This document shows positions 58,038 to 64,000 of a stretch of DNA of 64,000 bases, piece by piece. A model generated the notes under the pieces. That model worked only from the letters and a program-made list of their open reading frames with translations. It searched no databases and was not told where the DNA came from. The stretch is taken from NCBI GenBank assembly GCA_964016885.1, contig OZ024757.1:38874001-38938000 (forward strand), in the 5' to 3' direction. This DNA is from Eledone cirrhosa. Lineage: Eukaryota. Both the position numbers and the translations under genes were made by a program. Numbering within the stretch: the first letter of the stretch is position 1; every line of letters begins with the position of its first letter.

Positions 58038-58212
58038 TTCCAATTCCAACCCACCCGTCCCTTCAATCTATCTTATTTCTCATTCTTTCTTCTGGTGAAG
58101 AACTAGTGTCCGAAACGTTAAGACCCTATATCAAGCGTTAACCTATATATTCCTTCAATATGCTGTACCGATTATGTTTTTATTTCTGTTTACCTTTTAC
58201 ATACATACATAC
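58038..58212 (+). mobile_element. Family C element with mutated hammerhead (CUGGUGA), (ACAT)n tail
   Basis: TCTT-CTGGTGA-AGAACTAGTGTCC-GAAACGTTAAGA at 58088-58123; reverse complement of the 32778 and 59962 copies. Confidence 0.85.
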
Positions 58213-58420
58213 ATAGGAAAAGAGTCAGAACCCCTACGGCAGAGCTGAAGCCATTTCGACAGCTATTTCTGGACTCAAGAAAAAGCTGTCCGGAAATCGC
58301 TGTCGAAACGGCTTGAGCTCTGCCGTTGAGGTTCTGACTCTTCTATTACACACTCTACTACCCAAAGTATCGAGCACCCTGGTGCGTTATGGTCCACCTG
58401 TTTCCTTACGACACTTCCTT
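58213..58420 (+). mobile_element. Family B hairpin+tail element
   Basis: Arms AGAGTCAGAACCCCTACGGCAGAGCTGAAGCCATTTCGACAGC / GCTGTCGAAACGGCTTGAGCTCTGCCGTTGAGGTTCTGACTCT; tail CACTCTACTACCCAAAGTATCGAGCAC...ATGGTCCACC. Confidence 0.85.
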
Positions 58421-59654
58421 CATTATATATATATAATGTGTGTGTGTGTGTATTTACTTTCCTTCTTATAACTTGCCAAATTATTCACGGCCTTCTCATG
58501 TTTGAAAAGCTTTCAATAATTATATTTTTTCTCAGCTAGACACTTCACAAAATTTATATTGCCAAATCATTTAAAGAATAGTTCAATGATTACTAAAATG
58601 TTGTTTAATTGAATAGAATACGTTTAAGATATATGATTTATTATTCTTGTAGGAGATGTTTTTTGTGTAAAATTATGTAATCTTCACAAAATATTTACTA
58701 ATCAGTCACATCTTCATAAACATTTAATTCTTTTCATATTAAACTTATTTTTAGATATTAATTTCTCTCCTGACTTTATTTTTGATTTTAACTATTTTAT
58801 AGAGACTTCTTTCAAACGTTAAGACATTCTTTGAATAGCGTTTAAATTATACATTTATATTTTTATATATGTTTTCTAAACACTCCAGCCAAAATCTTTT
58901 ACGTTGTAGTCTAAAAAGAGAGAGAAAAAACAACAAACATCTGTGAAATAATTTAATGAGAATGCGAACATAAACAAATACAAACGAAAATCAACGTCCC
59001 TTCTAAAAGACCATAGACAATTTTAAATTGCGTTGAGATTGCTTGCTTAAAATTATGCATAATGATAGGATAAATGAATTACTTAAAATAGTTTTATTTC
59101 TATAGTGCCTAGAACGTTAATAAATAATAAATGTATAGACCAAATTATTATTCAAATATTTCAAAGTTATTGATAAATATAGATAAAATAAAATATACCT
59201 CTTATTCAAAAAGTTTTGATGGAAAAGGAAAGATAAATTTTAATTCCGAACCAGAATCTGCCATTATTATTATGCACTCTATTTAATTTGTTTACTACTT
59301 TAATTTTCAACTTAATAATTGTTGTACGTACACACAAAGACACACACAAGCATACACACACGTTAATAGCTCTTATAGGACCAGTTCTATTTCCCTACTG
59401 TGTAGAATATGTTTGAGAAACATAAGCACTCTGATTTAATCGTTGATTAGATTCCCTGAAGTTGTCGGTTATCTCCCATTTATGTGGGAACATTAACTGA
59501 CTAGCGCCCAAGTACCTAACTAGCGGAACATTTCAAAAAACGCCTCGTATATAATGCTCGTTAAATATCGTGGTGTTTGCAGGATACGATACTTAGCTTT
59601 CAATGAAATTTTGGGTGTACGTGCGTGTATGTATGTATGTATGTATATATATAT

Positions 59655-59932
59655 AGTTAAAACAAAAACAATAACGAAGAGTGCAATACAAAGTGTTGGT
59701 ATTAGGTTCACGATTGAGAGTGGGGTGGGGTATGACGTTTCGGACATAGGCCTTTCATCGGGAGAAAAGTGGGAAGGAAAAGATTTCCGATGGTGTGAGG
59801 GGTAGTGGTGGAACGACATAAAGAAACAAGTTTTGGGAGAGAGTTTTGGGAAAAGTAAAGAGGTTGACCACGGTGAATTGAGTCGGGGTTGAGCCGGTGG
59901 TCGAAATCCTACGGATGAAGACTGGTGGAGAT

Positions 59933-59935
<3 letters not shown>
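59655..59935 (-). mobile_element. Family D pLTR-like element with degenerate hammerhead
   Basis: Between TA tracts; minus strand CCGAUGA-AAGGCCUAUGUCC-GAAAC-GUC at 59734-59761, with a CT-rich leader. Confidence 0.55.
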
Positions 59936-59961
<26 letters not shown>

Positions 59962-59970
<9 letters not shown>

Positions 59971-60149
59971 AAAGGTAAACAGAAATAACACAATCGGTAC
60001 AGTATATGGAAGGGATATATTAGGTTAACGCTTGATATAGCAGGAAGAGTGTCTTAACGTTTCGGACGCTAGTCCTTCATCAGAAGAAAGAATGAGTAAT
60101 GAGATAGATTGATGGGACGGGTGGGTTAGAATTGGAAAAAATGTCTTTA
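59962..60149 (-). mobile_element. Family C pLTR-like element
   Basis: Near-identical to 32778-32962; abuts (TA)n. Confidence 0.88.
60052..60087 (-). ncRNA. Minimal type I hammerhead ribozyme (Penelope-type, palindromic stem III)
   Basis: UCUU-CUGAUGA-A-GGAC-UAGC-GUCC-GAAAC-GUU-AAGA: intact core, 4-bp stems I and II, loopless AACGUU stem III. Confidence 0.8.
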
Positions 60150-60484
60150 CATAAAAATAACAGGTCCATTCAGAGAGAGAAATAAAAAGCAAACTCTCCA
60201 TCAGATATATCTATTTAGGAGGGCTGGTTTTCAGTATCGAGAAAAAGTTGATATATTTGATAAAGTTTCGGCTGAAAGAATCAGCTAGTTTCATAGTCTT
60301 TGCATGAGAAAAACTGTTTTGTTAGTGAAATATTAACATTTGTAAAGTCTCTGCATGCACTGGGATTTTTCAAATATCTGAGCTTATGTTGTTTGAAATA
60401 TTTGAACTCTTGTTGTTTATGCACATAGCAAGACAGCAACACAAAATAGTGAAAAACCCGGGAGAGTTTAGAAAATGTTATTTA

Positions 60485-60690
60485 TGGTAGAACGTTGGAC
60501 ACCGTGCTTCGTTGTATAGAGTTACAGCCCTTCGCGTTCTGAGTTTAAATCCCGCCGAGGTTAGCTTTGCTTTTCATTCTTACGGGGTCAATAAAATAAA
60601 GAATCAATAACGAACTGGGGTGGATTTAATCGACTTACCCGCTTCTCCTAAATGTTTAGCCTTGTGATTAAATAAGAAACCACTATTTAA
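60485..60690 (+). mobile_element. SINE, long-tail variant
   Basis: GAGTTTAAATCCCGCCGAGG...CTTACGGGGTCAATAAAATAAAG...GATTTAATCGAC. Confidence 0.85.
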
Positions 60691-61856
60691 TAACATTCAA
60701 TATGAAAGAAGACTCTATGTTGTGTTAAAATGTGTGTAGTTTTAGCCTGACCATCATTGGTTTTCATAGCAATTACAGTGAGTTATTAGATATATGTCGA
60801 TAGACACGCGTCGATCATTTTAAGTTGGAGTCGAAAAGTGACTACATTTTGATTGTAATGTTCTCTAAGTAAATGCAACTTAAACCGGTAGTTTCTAATG
60901 AGGACACGCTTGCGCACACAAACACTCGCTCCACATACAATACACACAGACTGATACACACACGTGTGTGTATTGTTGATGTCTAAATTCCTTGATTGAG
61001 ACTAAAATTGGAAAGTGCACACATATCAAATCCCAAGCCACAATGTGTGTGAACGTGTGTGAGTACATATATATATATATATATATATGTGTGTGTATGT
61101 TTGTGCGTGTGTGTAATTATGGTTTATATGTACTTACATATCTATATGGGAGCGTTATGTTTGGAAAAACAGAGAAAAGGAGAGACAAAGAGTTGGAAAT
61201 AGAAATATATTGATTCGATGATATTTAATACAAACATTTCAGAAAGTAATAGTTCAATTATTATGGTGTTACCCATGAGAAAGGTACACGGTATATACCA
61301 TTTGATAATTATCTTCATATAACATAATATAGTGGGATGTTATTACGTAGTATAGATCGCAATTTCTAAAGGAAAGGCAAATCGAATAAAACATGATTAC
61401 ATCCTATATTCAGAATATTCCCTTAAGCGGTGTTTTAACCAAATTTCGTGATGATTCACTGAAAGGAAATGAAGATGTTATATTTATTATTGGTTACGTA
61501 AGATTATATAAAATTTATATATATATTTTTAGATATATATTCATACTTCATCACAAACAGACAGTTCTGTACACGAAAAAAGTCAGCATTTCCAAGTATT
61601 TTTGCCAAAGAAAGGAAGGAGCAAAATTGAATAACCCTCGTGAATATAACAGATATTTATGGAATCACATTTTCATTTTCAGTTTTACGTCCTTAAAAAC
61701 ATGGAAAGGAATAAAAAAACTAAACTGATGGGGAAAAAAGACCGCAAATAACATCGAAACTAAACTGGAAAAAATGTGGGAGTCAAAGATAAATGATTTA
61801 TAGGATGTTACATATAAATATAGAAACCTATTTGTATATTCAAACACACACTCACG

Positions 61857-61869
<13 letters not shown>

Positions 61870-61894
<25 letters not shown>

Positions 61895-62012
61895 AATGTA
61901 TATATATATAAATATATTAATATTAATAATAATAAATTTCAAGACTATATATATATATAATATAAATCTATATAAAGACGTATATATATATATATATATT
62001 TTTATTATATAT

Positions 62013-62104
<92 letters not shown>

Positions 62105-62839
62105 ATATATATAAATATATATATATATAGATATATATATATGTACATTATATGTATATATATGTATATATATATTATATGTATATATTATATGTATATT
62201 ATATATATATATATATTCATTGAAGATTGTTTAACCTTTAAATATATATATATATATTTATATTATTTATATATATATATATATTTATGTTATATATATA
62301 TATATTTATGTTATATATATATATATATTTATGTTATATATATATATATTTATATTATATATATATATATTTATATTATATACATATTTATATTATATAT
62401 ATATATTTTATTATATGTATATATATATATATATTTATATTATATATATATTTATATTATATATATATTTATATTATATATATATATGTATATATATATA
62501 TATTTATATTATATATGTATATATATATTTATATTATATATATACATTTATATTATATATATATATTTATATTATATATCTGTATATATATTTATATTAT
62601 ATATATATATTTATATTATATATATACATTTATATTATATTATATATATTTATATATTTATATTATATATATACATTTATATTATATATATATATTTAAA
62701 TATATATATATATATATATATTATATGTATTATATGTATATTTATATATATATATATTTATATTATATATATTTATATATATAATTATTTATATATTTAT
62801 ATATATATATATATTTATATATATATTTATATATATATT

Positions 62840-62871
<32 letters not shown>

Positions 62872-63300
62872 TATATATATATATATATATTTATATTATA
62901 TATATGTTTATATTATATATATATATATTTATATTATATATATGTTTATATTATATATATATATATATGTTTATATTATATATATATATATGTTTATATT
63001 ATGTATATATATATATTTATATTATATATAGATATATTTATATTATATATAGATATATTTATATTATATATATATCTATATATAATATAAATATATATAT
63101 ATATATATAATATAAATATATATTTATATTATATATAGATATATTTATATTATATATAGATATATTTATATTATATATAGATATATTTATATTATATATA
63201 TATATATATTTATATTATATATATATATATATTTATATTATATATATATATATTTATATTATATATATATATATATTTATATTATATATATATATATATT

Positions 63301-63339
<39 letters not shown>

Positions 63340-63340
63340 A
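61870..63340. repeat. (TA)n/TTTATATTATA satellite array
   Basis: Direct inspection. Confidence 0.96.
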
Positions 63341-63348
63341 TGTTTATA

Positions 63349-63514
63349 AGAGGTTCGGACGCCATGCTTTCCAGCGTAGTTACATCCCTTTACGATCTGA
63401 GTTCAAATCCCGCCGAGGTTGACTTTGCCTTTCATCCTTACGGGGTCGATAAAATAAAAGTACCAGTAATGCACTGGGCAATTGCTGGCCTTGTGCCTAA
63501 ATTAGAAATAATTA
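63349..63514 (+). mobile_element. SINE (main family), slightly 5'-truncated
   Basis: CTGAGTTCAAATCCCGCCGAGGTTGACTTTGCCTTTCATCCTTACGGGGTCGATAAAATAAAAGTACCAG. Confidence 0.92.
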
Positions 63515-63533
63515 TATATTTATATATTTATAT

Positions 63534-63571
<38 letters not shown>

Positions 63572-63641
63572 AGTTAAGAACTCAGAGTAGTCTCTTGCAA
63601 TTAATTAGTGCTTACAAGATTTTCTGAGCCGTACAATATAA

Positions 63642-64000
63642 TTGAATAAACAAGAGCGATGAACACTAATATAAATATACATATGTTCGAATCGTAAGGA
63701 CCAAATTTGCTAGGGTGAACAAATTCTAACTACACCAATATGGTTTGTTATCCTTAACTTTAAATATTAAATTAAGAGAAATAACAGACTTATATTGGGC
63801 AAAACGCCTGCTAGTTGTTACCAGGCGTTTTGCCCAATATTGGTATGTTATTGTTATTAAATTTTCTTAATTTAATATTTAAAGTTAAGGATAACAAACC
63901 ATATAGCTGTACTTAGTATTTTTTCACCCTAACAAATTTGGTCCTTACGATTCGAACGCATGTATGTTTATATTAGTGTCCATCACTCTTGTTTATTCAA
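63642..64000. repeat. Long imperfect palindrome (arms >=170 bp, loop 63811-63821) running off the window end
   Basis: ATATTGGGCAAAACGCCTG/CAGGCGTTTTGCCCAATAT at the centre; TTCGAATCGTAAGGACCAAATTTG/CAAATTTGGTCCTTACGATTCGAA; TTGAATAAACAAGAG/CTCTTGTTTATTCAA at the edge. Confidence 0.93.

Overview
AT-rich eukaryotic genomic DNA saturated with microsatellites ((TA)n, (CA)n, (GA)n, (GATA)n, (GAT)n), with no recognisable host protein-coding exon. Almost all long ORFs in the supplied track are read-throughs of simple repeats. The dominant interspersed repeat is a tRNA-headed SINE of about 190-220 bp (about 20 copies; core GCCTTTCATCCTTACGGGGTCGATAAAATAAAGTACCAG) that I associate from memory with octopus/coleoid cephalopod genomes; the organism call is inference. 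There are also decayed RTE-clade LINE 3' ends, a rearranged mariner, several MITE-like DNA elements and minisatellites. The most interesting signal is a set of at least four families of short (150-300 bp) non-coding elements sitting in or next to (TA)n tracts and carrying hammerhead-ribozyme (HHR) cores, as expected for Penelope-like element pLTRs or retrozyme-like derivatives. Two families have a recurring 'long palindrome + ~65-85 bp tail' architecture, with arms that match each other better than they match other copies and with a shared tail motif. One HHR has a very long stem II, and a palindrome of at least 360 bp at the window end may be a giant version of it. Boundaries of degenerate repeats are approximate (about +/-10 bp), and all folding was done by eye.
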